A stretch of 64,000 nt of DNA from Thermoanaerobaculia bacterium (GTDB lineage Bacteria; Acidobacteriota; Thermoanaerobaculia; Multivoradales; Multivoraceae): NCBI GenBank assembly GCA_963664405.1, contig OY761158.1, positions 3,488,001 through 3,552,000 of the forward strand. The letters run 5' to 3'. Below the pieces are notes generated by a model, which was not told the origin of the DNA, ran no database searches, and saw only the letters and a program-made list of their open reading frames with translations. The position numbers and the translations under genes are program-made. Shown here piece after piece: positions 56,157 to 64,000 of the stretch (the first letter of the stretch is position 1; each line of letters opens with the position of its first letter).

Positions 56157-57362
56157 ATGCACTTCGTCTGTAGACTGGGAACGCCCGAGGGACGGGTCGT
56201 CGAAGAGATTCACGAGTCCCAGGACCGCGGGAGTCTGTTAAAAGAGCTCGAGCGGCGGGGCTACTACGTCTTTGGCCTGCGGCAACGAGGTCTTTCGCTT
56301 GCCGGTCTCTTCTCTTCTGGTCATCGCAAGGTGTCGAAGAGGGACTTCCTGATTTACAACCGGGAGCTGGCTGCGTTGCTCCGCGCCGGTCTTCCCCTGC
56401 TCCAGGCTCTCGACTTGATGCTCGAGCGCAACAGCAACCCCCGCTTCGGGTCGCTCTTGCGGGAAGTGCGAGAAAGAGTCAAGGGCGGTGAGGATCTGTC
56501 GGAGGCCTTCGCCCACTTTGGTGATGTCTTTCCCCCTCTTTACGCCGCCACACTCAAGGCTGGAGAGCGCAGCGGCGAGCTCGAGCAGGTCATTCGGCGA
56601 TTCATTCGCTACCTGCGCGTGGTCATGGTGGCTCGTCGGAAGGCGATTACGGCACTGGTCTACCCTCTCGTTCTGCTCGTTCTTTCGATGATCATGGTGG
56701 CCGTCATGGCGCTCTACGTCATTCCTCGCTTCGAGGACTTCTACGACGGGCTCGAAGTCGAGCTGCCGGCCCTCACCAGTACCGTGCTTGCAACCTCTCT
56801 TTTTGTACGGCAAAACGTTCTGTGGTTGTTGCTCGGTTCTTGCGCGATCGGCTTTGGCTTCTACCGCTGGGCGGTCACGCCGGCCGGGCGTTATCTCGTC
56901 GACCGACTCAAGCTGCGGCTCCCGGTTGTGGGCCCTATCCTGCACCGCTTCGCCCTGTCTGAGTACTGCCGGTCACTGGCAACATTGCTGTCGGGAGGCA
57001 TACCGCTGGTGTCTGCCTTGGGTGTCGGCACGGGAGCTGTCGGCAATCACTATGTTCGTCGTCGTCTCGAGCCCGCGATCGGCCTGATCCGCGAGGGTAA
57101 CTCCTTCCACGACACTCTGGACAAGAGCGGCGTTGTGACCGACATCACGATCGACATGGTGAAGGTGGGAGAGTCGACAGGCGCTCTCGCAGAAATGCTC
57201 GGCGAGGTCTCTGATTTTCTGGATGAGGAAGTCGAGATGCGCCTGGAAAGGATGTTGGCGCTGATCGAGCCGCTGATGCTCGTGTTGATGGGCGGTGTTG
57301 TTGCCGTGCTCTTGCTCGCCATGTATCTCCCCATGTTCTCTGCCTGGGAGGATATGGCCTGA
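56157..57362 (+). CDS. pilC: Type II secretion F / PilC platform protein
   Basis: LLRAGLPLLQAL, GERSGEL, GESTGAL, IEPL...AMYLPMF. Confidence 0.92.
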   Translation: MHFVCRLGTPEGRVVEEIHESQDRGSLLKELERRGYYVFGLRQRGLSLAGLFSSGHRKVSKRDFLIYNRELAALLRAGLPLLQALDLMLERNSNPRFGSLLREVRERVKGGEDLSEAFAHFGDVFPPLYAATLKAGERSGELEQVIRRFIRYLRVVMVARRKAITALVYPLVLLVLSMIMVAVMALYVIPRFEDFYDGLEVELPALTSTVLATSLFVRQNVLWLLLGSCAIGFGFYRWAVTPAGRYLVDRLKLRLPVVGPILHRFALSEYCRSLATLLSGGIPLVSALGVGTGAVGNHYVRRRLEPAIGLIREGNSFHDTLDKSGVVTDITIDMVKVGESTGALAEMLGEVSDFLDEEVEMRLERMLALIEPLMLVLMGGVVAVLLLAMYLPMFSAWEDMA

Positions 57363-57381
57363 CTGGACTCGGCCTGCTGTG

Positions 57382-59031
57382 ATGCAAGAAGAGAATTTCG
57401 ACCCGGCCGCGCAGTTGCAGGAGCTTCGTCTCTCCGAACAGGGCAATCCTCCCGGCGAGGGAGAAGAGGTAGCCCGCGAGCTGTCGCTGGCCCTCGGCCT
57501 CGAGTTCGTCGATCTTCGTGAGTTCCGGATCAATAGCGACCTGTTCAGAAGAATTCCTTTCGATCTGATGCTTCGCTACAGTTTTCTGCCCCAAGAGCAG
57601 CTCGAGGGACGGCTTGCCCTGGTCATGGCGGACCCTGGAAACGTCTTGAGGCTCGACGAGTTGGAGCTCTTATTGGGACAACCGGTCGAAGCTCGTGTGG
57701 GCGCTCGGGAGCTTATCGAGGGGATTCTCGAGAAGTCGGAGAGCTCCCAGCGAGTCCTGGACGAGGCCACCGAAGGCTTTCGTCTGCAGCTGGTTCAAGA
57801 GGACGACGATGGGGAAGAAGTTCTCTCGATCGACCGTATTACGGCCGACACCAGCCCCATCATCAAGCTTGTCGACTCGACCATCTTCAATGCAATCCAA
57901 CGGCGTGCGAGCGACATCCATATCGAGACGCTCGACACCGAGGTGGTTATCAAATACCGCATCGATGGGGCGCTATACCAAGCTATGGAGGCGATCGACA
58001 AGCGTCATCATCAGACCATTATCAGCCGCATCAAGGTGATGGCCGAGTTGGACATCGCGGAGAAGCGAATCCCCCAGGACGGACGCTTCAAGCTCCGCCT
58101 GCGAGGACGCACCATCGATTTCAGAGTCTCGATCATGCCCTCTGTTCACGGTGAAGATTGCGTGATCCGCATTCTCGACAAGGAGTCGATGAGTCGTGAG
58201 TTCCAGAGTCTTCGGCTTGACATCCTAGGGATCGACTCCGACACACTGCTGAAGATTCGAAAGTTCATCCACGAGCCCTACGGCATGGTGCTCGTGACCG
58301 GGCCTACCGGCTCCGGAAAAACCACTACTTTGTACGCCTGCCTTGCCGAGATCCAGTCGCCGGACGACAAGATCATCACGATCGAAGATCCCGTTGAGTA
58401 TCAGCTGCGGGGGATCAGCCAGATCCCGGTCAACGAGAAGAAGGGTCTCACTTTCGCACGTGGCTTGCGGTCCATTCTCCGTCACGATCCGGACAAGATC
58501 ATGGTCGGAGAGATCCGCGACGAGGAGACCGCCCACATCGCGATCCAATCCGCCTTGACCGGCCACCTCGTTTTCACGACCGTACACGCGAACAACGTCT
58601 TCGACGTGCTTGGACGGTTTCTGAACATGAAGGTAGACCTCTACAACTTCGTCTCGGCGCTGAACTGCGTGCTCGCCCAGCGTCTCGTTCGAGAGATCTG
58701 CTCCAACTGCAAGGTTGCGGTATCGGCGGACGCGCAGCTGCTCATCGAGAGTGGTCTAGATCCCCAGGTATACGGGGATTTTGTTTTCCATGAGGGCCGC
58801 GGCTGCATCGAGTGCGACGGAACCGGCTTCTTCGGACGAACTGCGGTCTCCGAGCTGTTGGACCTCTCGGACCACATCCGAGAGCTGATCCTCGAACGGC
58901 GGCCGGCGTCGGAGATCAAGCGGGCGGCAATGGAGGAAGACATGACCTTCCTTCGCGAGTCCGCTCTGCAGAAGGTAATGCAGGGAGTGACAACTCTTCG
59001 TGAGATCAACAAAGTCACCTTCGTGGACTAA
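57382..59031 (+). CDS. pilB: GspE/PilB assembly ATPase
   Basis: ASDIHIE, LDIAEKRIPQDGR, GPTGSGKTTT, TIEDPVE, LRHDPD.IMVGEIRD, tetra-Cys motif. Confidence 0.95.
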   Translation: MQEENFDPAAQLQELRLSEQGNPPGEGEEVARELSLALGLEFVDLREFRINSDLFRRIPFDLMLRYSFLPQEQLEGRLALVMADPGNVLRLDELELLLGQPVEARVGARELIEGILEKSESSQRVLDEATEGFRLQLVQEDDDGEEVLSIDRITADTSPIIKLVDSTIFNAIQRRASDIHIETLDTEVVIKYRIDGALYQAMEAIDKRHHQTIISRIKVMAELDIAEKRIPQDGRFKLRLRGRTIDFRVSIMPSVHGEDCVIRILDKESMSREFQSLRLDILGIDSDTLLKIRKFIHEPYGMVLVTGPTGSGKTTTLYACLAEIQSPDDKIITIEDPVEYQLRGISQIPVNEKKGLTFARGLRSILRHDPDKIMVGEIRDEETAHIAIQSALTGHLVFTTVHANNVFDVLGRFLNMKVDLYNFVSALNCVLAQRLVREICSNCKVAVSADAQLLIESGLDPQVYGDFVFHEGRGCIECDGTGFFGRTAVSELLDLSDHIRELILERRPASEIKRAAMEEDMTFLRESALQKVMQGVTTLREINKVTFVD

Positions 59032-59968
59032 GCGGCTGCTTGGCCTGGCACCGGTCGCTGTGCCGCCTCATGTGTTCGAGGTGAATAGCGAGCGGCTGCG
59101 CTTCGCGAGCTTTCCGCGCACCAACGGCGGCTGGCAGATGGGCGAGTTGGCCGAGGTGGAGCTCCCTGACAATGCCTTTCAATCCGGGCCCTTAGGCGGA
59201 CCCCTCAGGACTCCTGAAGTCTTCGAGCGCGTATTGAGCGAGCTCCTGGAGCAGGTTGGCGAGCCCGTGTCTCGGGCGTCGTTAGTGGTTCCCGACCGTT
59301 GGCTGCGGCTCCTCTTCACGGAGTTGGAGGAGGCGCCCGGCGAGATCACCGATGAAGTCTTCCGCTTCAAACTGCGCAAGCTCGTTCCTTTCAAGGTTGA
59401 GGATTTACGGGTCGGTGGCCTGGAGTTGGAAGCCTTGCCCGCGCGGCCCGGCAAAGGGCGTGCCCTGATGGCGTTCGCCGTCGAACAGCTACTCGCTGAG
59501 ATCGAGAACGCATTCGAGGCTCGAGGGATCCGAATTGGCCAGATTGCGAGCCGCACTCTCTATTTGTCGTCGTATCTGTCTGACGATTACGAAGATTCCC
59601 TGATTGCGCTGGTCGAGGGAGACGACTACAGCCTCCTTTTTATGAGCGAAGGGGTTCCGGTCTTGGTGCGCTATCGCACTTTCCCGCTGGCGGCCGACGA
59701 TACGGCCAGCGCCGAACATGTTGCCCGCGACCTCCGCCTCATTCGCAGCTACCTGACCGAGAATCTGCCGGATCGCAGGTTCTCCGATGGGCTTGTCTGT
59801 GGACCGGCCGAGACGGCTAGCGCTTGGGTCGAGCTGCTCGAGGAGGGTTTCGGGCTGAAGGCGCGGGTCCTTGGAGAGAGCGATGCGGATCTAGGCTCGG
59901 CCCCCCCCGGTATGCCCTGGCACCAGTTATTGCCCCTGTTCGCGGCAGCGACCCAGGAGGTTCTTTGA
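59000..59968 (+). CDS. PilM/GspL-like cytoplasmic alignment protein
   Basis: Actin-like fold hints (RFKLRKLVPF, RDLRLIRSY); position between pilB and pilN. Confidence 0.65.
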   Translation: MRSTKSPSWTKRLLGLAPVAVPPHVFEVNSERLRFASFPRTNGGWQMGELAEVELPDNAFQSGPLGGPLRTPEVFERVLSELLEQVGEPVSRASLVVPDRWLRLLFTELEEAPGEITDEVFRFKLRKLVPFKVEDLRVGGLELEALPARPGKGRALMAFAVEQLLAEIENAFEARGIRIGQIASRTLYLSSYLSDDYEDSLIALVEGDDYSLLFMSEGVPVLVRYRTFPLAADDTASAEHVARDLRLIRSYLTENLPDRRFSDGLVCGPAETASAWVELLEEGFGLKARVLGESDADLGSAPPGMPWHQLLPLFAAATQEVL

Positions 59969-60780
59969 GCCGCCTCCAGCTAAATCTCGCCCGGCGACCG
60001 TTCCTCAACCGCGGGCCGGTGCGCCGCTTCGTGGTGACGGCGTGGATCGTCGCAGCGCTACTACTCGCGTTCAATGTTCTACTCTGGCTGCGTGATCGAG
60101 AGGATTCCACCGACCTGCGTGCCCGATTGGCTGACGCTACTGGCGCGATCGAAACGCGGAGTCAGGCTATCCTCGACTCGACCGAGCGTGCCGAGAGTCT
60201 GGGCTTGTCTCGCCAGAACGCGCAAGTGGAATTCCTCAACCATAAGATCACCGAGCGCACCTTCCCGTGGAGCGTTCTCTTCGATCGCATCGGTGCCGTG
60301 CTCCCACACGGTGTTCGTCTCCTTAATTTGTCACCGGCGATCGAGAAGCGTAACGCCCGGCGACGTTCGAATCGATCTTCCAGGGCTGAGGAGGAAGAGG
60401 AGCTCATCGACTTGAATGTGATGGGCGAGGCGAAGTCGGACGAAGCTGTCTATCAGCTGCTCGATGCTCTGTTCGCCCATCCGGCGTTCACACAACCTCG
60501 ACTCTTCCGCGAGGCGACCGAGCTCGACGGAACGGTCAATTTCAACTTTTCTGTCAAGTATCGTCCCCGTCTGGCGGAGGGGACTGAGAGCCAGCCAGAG
60601 GAGGAAGAGCCCGAGCTTTCCTCGAGGTCGGCAGAGGAGGAGGAATCCGAGCCCCCCCCGAGCCCGGCAGACGAAAGCGAGGACGAGATTTTCAGTCGAG
60701 TCCAGGAGCCGCAAACAGCTTCGTCCGTGATCTTCCCTGAAGACTTCAATGAGCCCGAAGCGGTCGAGGAGGCGGAATGA
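59965..60780 (+). CDS. PilN-like protein
   Basis: LNLARRPF, TM, coiled coil, WSVLFDRIGAVLP.GVRL; TTG start with GGAGG. Confidence 0.8.
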   Translation: MSRLQLNLARRPFLNRGPVRRFVVTAWIVAALLLAFNVLLWLRDREDSTDLRARLADATGAIETRSQAILDSTERAESLGLSRQNAQVEFLNHKITERTFPWSVLFDRIGAVLPHGVRLLNLSPAIEKRNARRRSNRSSRAEEEEELIDLNVMGEAKSDEAVYQLLDALFAHPAFTQPRLFREATELDGTVNFNFSVKYRPRLAEGTESQPEEEEPELSSRSAEEEESEPPPSPADESEDEIFSRVQEPQTASSVIFPEDFNEPEAVEEAE

Positions 60781-61367
60781 AGCTACCCGCCGCTTGGCGC
60801 TCCGGCTGGTGGATGTGGGCGCTGCCTCTGACATTCTGCTGTGTCAACGCGCTGGCACTGTTCTCTCATCCCGGGCTGAGGGGCGAAGGCTTCGCCGATA
60901 TGGAGTCGAGGCTGACGGAGGAGCATGTAGCTGTTGCGAGTCTCGAAAGTAAGGACCGCGAGCTGGCAGAGAGGCTCGCCACCGCTCTTGCCGGCAGGGA
61001 AGGGGTGCAGGGTCTCTACGAGGAACGTTTCTCGACCGAAGCCGAGCGCTTGACCGAGCTCATCACGCATGTCAAGTCCTTGGTGAACCGAGCCGGTCTC
61101 GAGGCCGCGAGCATTTCCTACCCAGAAGAGGCCATCGAAGAGTACGGGCTCATCAGCATGTCGCTCGTATTTGCCGTCGAAGGCGACTACGGCCAGCTCC
61201 GAACGCTGGTCAATCTTCTCGAGCTCTCGGACTATTTCTTGATCTTGGAGAAGGTTAGCTTGGGTGGCCGCCAAGAGTCTGCTCTAGCTGTCGGTCTCAC
61301 CATTTCCACTCTCTTCGTCGAAGAGAAGGTGCTCGGGACCAACTCCGCGCGGGGGTCTGTCTCATGA
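60777..61367 (+). CDS. PilO/GspM-like protein
   Basis: TM, coiled coil, VEGDYGQLRTLVNLLELSDYFLILEKVSL. Confidence 0.8.
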   Translation: MKLPAAWRSGWWMWALPLTFCCVNALALFSHPGLRGEGFADMESRLTEEHVAVASLESKDRELAERLATALAGREGVQGLYEERFSTEAERLTELITHVKSLVNRAGLEAASISYPEEAIEEYGLISMSLVFAVEGDYGQLRTLVNLLELSDYFLILEKVSLGGRQESALAVGLTISTLFVEEKVLGTNSARGSVS

Positions 61368-61909
61368 GGTTGGCCCGCCGCGAAAGGTACCTACTCGTTG
61401 TGTTTGGAGCGGTGGCGCTGTTTCAGGCGCTGCGAATGACGGTTCCTTATCTCCGCAGCGGCGACCTCTCGCTGGCTGGTGGGCGGAGCGCTCTGCATAG
61501 GGCCGCGGAGGAGGCGACGATGGTTGAGGTGTCGAACCTTCAACTCGACGCTTTATTTGCTGGAGCGAGCGAGCTCGTTGTCGGCCGCAATCCTTTCCGC
61601 TACGCTGCGGCGCCTCCTCCTCCCCCACCGCCCAGGGTGGAGCGGCCGAAGGCGCCGCCCAGATTGCCGGCTCCGCCGCGTGACGTCGGACCGCGCCCGC
61701 CGGACGTCGACCTCACCTATCTCGGCAGCTTTGGCCCCGACCGCCATCGCATCGCGGTCTTCTCTGATGGCGAGACGATCTACAACGCGACTCAGGGCGA
61801 CACTCTGCAGGGTAAATTCATCGTGCACCAGATCGGCTACGAATCGGTAGACCTTCGATTTGTCAACTTTCCCGAAGTGGCGCCTGAGCGCCTAGCGGTC
61901 GGGGGTTAG
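61364..61909 (+). CDS. PilP/GspC-like protein
   Basis: TM, GRNPFRY, poly-Pro linker, LTYLG...IAVF..G...GDTL.GKF.V..I. Confidence 0.7.
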   Translation: MRLARRERYLLVVFGAVALFQALRMTVPYLRSGDLSLAGGRSALHRAAEEATMVEVSNLQLDALFAGASELVVGRNPFRYAAAPPPPPPPRVERPKAPPRLPAPPRDVGPRPPDVDLTYLGSFGPDRHRIAVFSDGETIYNATQGDTLQGKFIVHQIGYESVDLRFVNFPEVAPERLAVGG

Positions 61910-61927
61910 GTGGAGGAGAAGAGGACG

Positions 61928-64000
61928 ATGCGTGTCATTCGTGGCGCTTTTATAGGTGTGCTGACGGCAGCCCTTCTTTCCGGCTGCTCGGGCTACCAAC
62001 TCAAGCGCGAGGCCCAGGATGCGGAGCTGCTGGGGGATTGGGATGGGGCGGTGCTTCACTACATCGCTTTGGTACGCCAGGATCCCGGCAATATCCAGTA
62101 TCGCTCAGCTCTTCTGCGGGCCAAGATCCAGGCTTCGCACGCTCATTTTGAGCTCGCCAAGCGGTTCTACGAGGCGGGTCATCTGGAAGAGGCTCGCGTC
62201 CAGTTGCAGGAGGCCGTCCAGCTCGACCCGACGAATCAGTACGCCCAAGTCGAGCTGAACAAGGTCCGTGAGGCGCTGCAGGCGCACCGTGAGGCCCGCG
62301 ACATTGCCACCAGCCTGGACACCTTGAAGGACAAGACGCGAGGCGCGCTGGCACAGCCACCGGTCCTGGATCCTCGGTCGACCGAGCCCATCGATCTAGA
62401 TTTTCCTGAGCCGGTCTCGGTCATGGATATTTACCGTGCTCTGGGCAAGGCCTTCGGTATCAATGTCCTGTTCGACCCCAAGCTCAGGGACCAGGAGATC
62501 GCGATCGAGTTGAAGCAGGTCGTCGCGCAGGACGCCCTCGAGATTCTGATGCGTGCGTCTGGCCACTTCTACAAGGTCGTCGATGAGCACTCGATCATCG
62601 TAGCCGCCGATACTCCTCAAAACCGTCGCGCCTACGAAGATCTGATGATCCAGACCTTCTTTCTCTCGAACTCCGACGTGCGCGATGTGATGACGATGCT
62701 GCGAAGCCTCATCGATTCTCGAAAGATCGCGGCGAACGAAAGACTGAACGCGATCATTCTGCGCGACACGGCCGACAAAGTGAAAGTTGCCGAGAAACTC
62801 ATTCGCACCAACGACAAAGCGCGCGCCGAGGTGGTCATCGATGTCGAGTTGATGCAGATCAACTCGAACAAGCTGCGAGAGATCGGACTCTCGCTTGACC
62901 CCGGCAACACAATTGGCTTCACCCTCGACGGCGAGCAAATCGAAGGTGGCGAGGGGGAAGAGGGCGGAGGCGGTGGCTCGACTATTCGCTTCTCCGATCT
63001 CGAGTTCCTCGATGCATCGAGCTGGCTGGTGACGATTCCGAGTTTTCTCGTCGACTTTGTAAAAGAAAACACGGACGCCCAGATCCTCGCCAAGCCGCAG
63101 CTGCGAATCAGTGAGGGCGAGCACGCTACTTTGGTGATTGCGGACCGGGTGCCTATTCCGGTCACCAGCTTCAACACCGGTAACACCATCGGCGGGAATA
63201 TCGTGCCGATCACTTCTTTTCAATACCAGGACGTAGGTATCACCATCGATATCGAGCCCCGCGTTCATCACAACAACGAGGTCAGCCTGATTGTTGCTGT
63301 CGAGGTTTCGAACATAGCTGGCAATATCGGCGCCCAGCCGATCATCGGCACGCGCAATATCAACACCAGTATCCGCTTGAAGGATGGCGAGACCAATTTC
63401 CTTGCCGGGTTGATTCGCGTCGACGAGCTCAGAACCGACACTGGGATTCCGGGACTTTCTGAGATTCCGATTATCGGTCGCTTGTTTTCGAAGCGAGGTA
63501 CTCAAACCCAGCGAACGGACATTGTTCTCACCCTCACTCCCCACATCATCCGCCGCGCGGACATTACTGCCGAGGACTTGCTTCCGATCTGGGTCGGAAC
63601 CGAGACCAACTTCAGCTTTGGCGGCGGCAGTCCCCGGGTGGAGTCAGAGTCCGAGGGGCCTTTCGAGGAGGATGACGGTGAGGCGGCGGAAGCTCAGGAT
63701 CGTCTGCGAGAGCGACTCCGGCAGCTGCCCCGTGGCCTACGCGAGCAGGGGCCCGCCGGGGAGGGGGATGCAGAGGACCTCGACGAGCCGAGTACCTTGG
63801 AGCTGGCTCCCGCCTCGGCTCCGCAGCGCCGCGGACGACCCTCTCTATCCGGTGCGGAAGATCGATCCTCACTCGATTCGCCGGATCTTCCGGCGCCGAT
63901 CGAGGTCATGGATCCCGCCGATGACGGCGTGATGTACGCCGCCGTGGAGGCTGCTCCGGTTGGCGGAGGCCTCGAGCTCTCACTTCGAGCACTGCGGCCA
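61928..64000 (+). CDS. Lipoprotein secretin (GspD/PilQ) with N-terminal TPRs; 3'-truncated by the window edge and absent from the ORF track
   Basis: Translated by hand: MRVIRG...LLSGC lipobox, TPRs, QTFFLSN, AEVVIDVELM, ILAKPQLRI, FQYQDVG...IEPRVH, RLKDGETNFLAGLI, GIPGLSEIPIIGRLF; no stop seen to 64000. Confidence 0.92.
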   Translation, partial: MRVIRGAFIGVLTAALLSGCSGYQLKREAQDAELLGDWDGAVLHYIALVRQDPGNIQYRSALLRAKIQASHAHFELAKRFYEAGHLEEARVQLQEAVQLDPTNQYAQVELNKVREALQAHREARDIATSLDTLKDKTRGALAQPPVLDPRSTEPIDLDFPEPVSVMDIYRALGKAFGINVLFDPKLRDQEIAIELKQVVAQDALEILMRASGHFYKVVDEHSIIVAADTPQNRRAYEDLMIQTFFLSNSDVRDVMTMLRSLIDSRKIAANERLNAIILRDTADKVKVAEKLIRTNDKARAEVVIDVELMQINSNKLREIGLSLDPGNTIGFTLDGEQIEGGEGEEGGGGGSTIRFSDLEFLDASSWLVTIPSFLVDFVKENTDAQILAKPQLRISEGEHATLVIADRVPIPVTSFNTGNTIGGNIVPITSFQYQDVGITIDIEPRVHHNNEVSLIVAVEVSNIAGNIGAQPIIGTRNINTSIRLKDGETNFLAGLIRVDELRTDTGIPGLSEIPIIGRLFSKRGTQTQRTDIVLTLTPHIIRRADITAEDLLPIWVGTETNFSFGGGSPRVESESEGPFEEDDGEAAEAQDRLRERLRQLPRGLREQGPAGEGDAEDLDEPSTLELAPASAPQRRGRPSLSGAEDRSSLDSPDLPAPIEVMDPADDGVMYAAVEAAPVGGGLELSLRALRP

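Overview
High-GC bacterial chromosomal segment. Gene order and protein families suggest Acidobacteriota, possibly Thermoanaerobaculia (inference). Most of it is envelope and housekeeping backbone: cdsA-rseP, PASTA-rpe-bamD-cpoB, tatA, amgK-like kinase, pgeF, gatB, ftsEX, ExbB/ExbD/ExbD/TonB/TPR, ruvC-yebC, accD-folC, purE, acyl-CoA carboxylase subunits, tldD/E, ychF, selA, lpxK-waaA. It also carries a dispersed type IV pilus / type II secretion-like system: pilR/pilS-like two-component pair, pilD, a stand-alone sigma54-driven GspG-like pilin, and an ECF/anti-sigma-headed pilC-pilB-pilMNOP-secretin operon that runs off the right end. Three lesions are visible at nucleotide level. (1) A 1944-bp nested IS30/IS3 chimera with a CTG duplication splits a LysM gene. 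(2) A 3390-bp four-ORF IS21 with a CCATG duplication splits ftsX. (3) The pilS-like kinase is frameshifted in its G1 box. The best candidate for an undescribed system is the pilin neighbourhood: two exported M20 metallopeptidases flank the pilin, next to an AftB/TfpW-like GT-C transferase, a decaprenyl-phosphate phosphoribosyltransferase and a YfhO-like GT-C. This looks like a lipid-linked pentofuranose (arabinofuranose) glycosylation module beside the major pilin. No rRNA, tRNA or CRISPR array was recognised. All family assignments come from motif recognition by eye; no searches were run.
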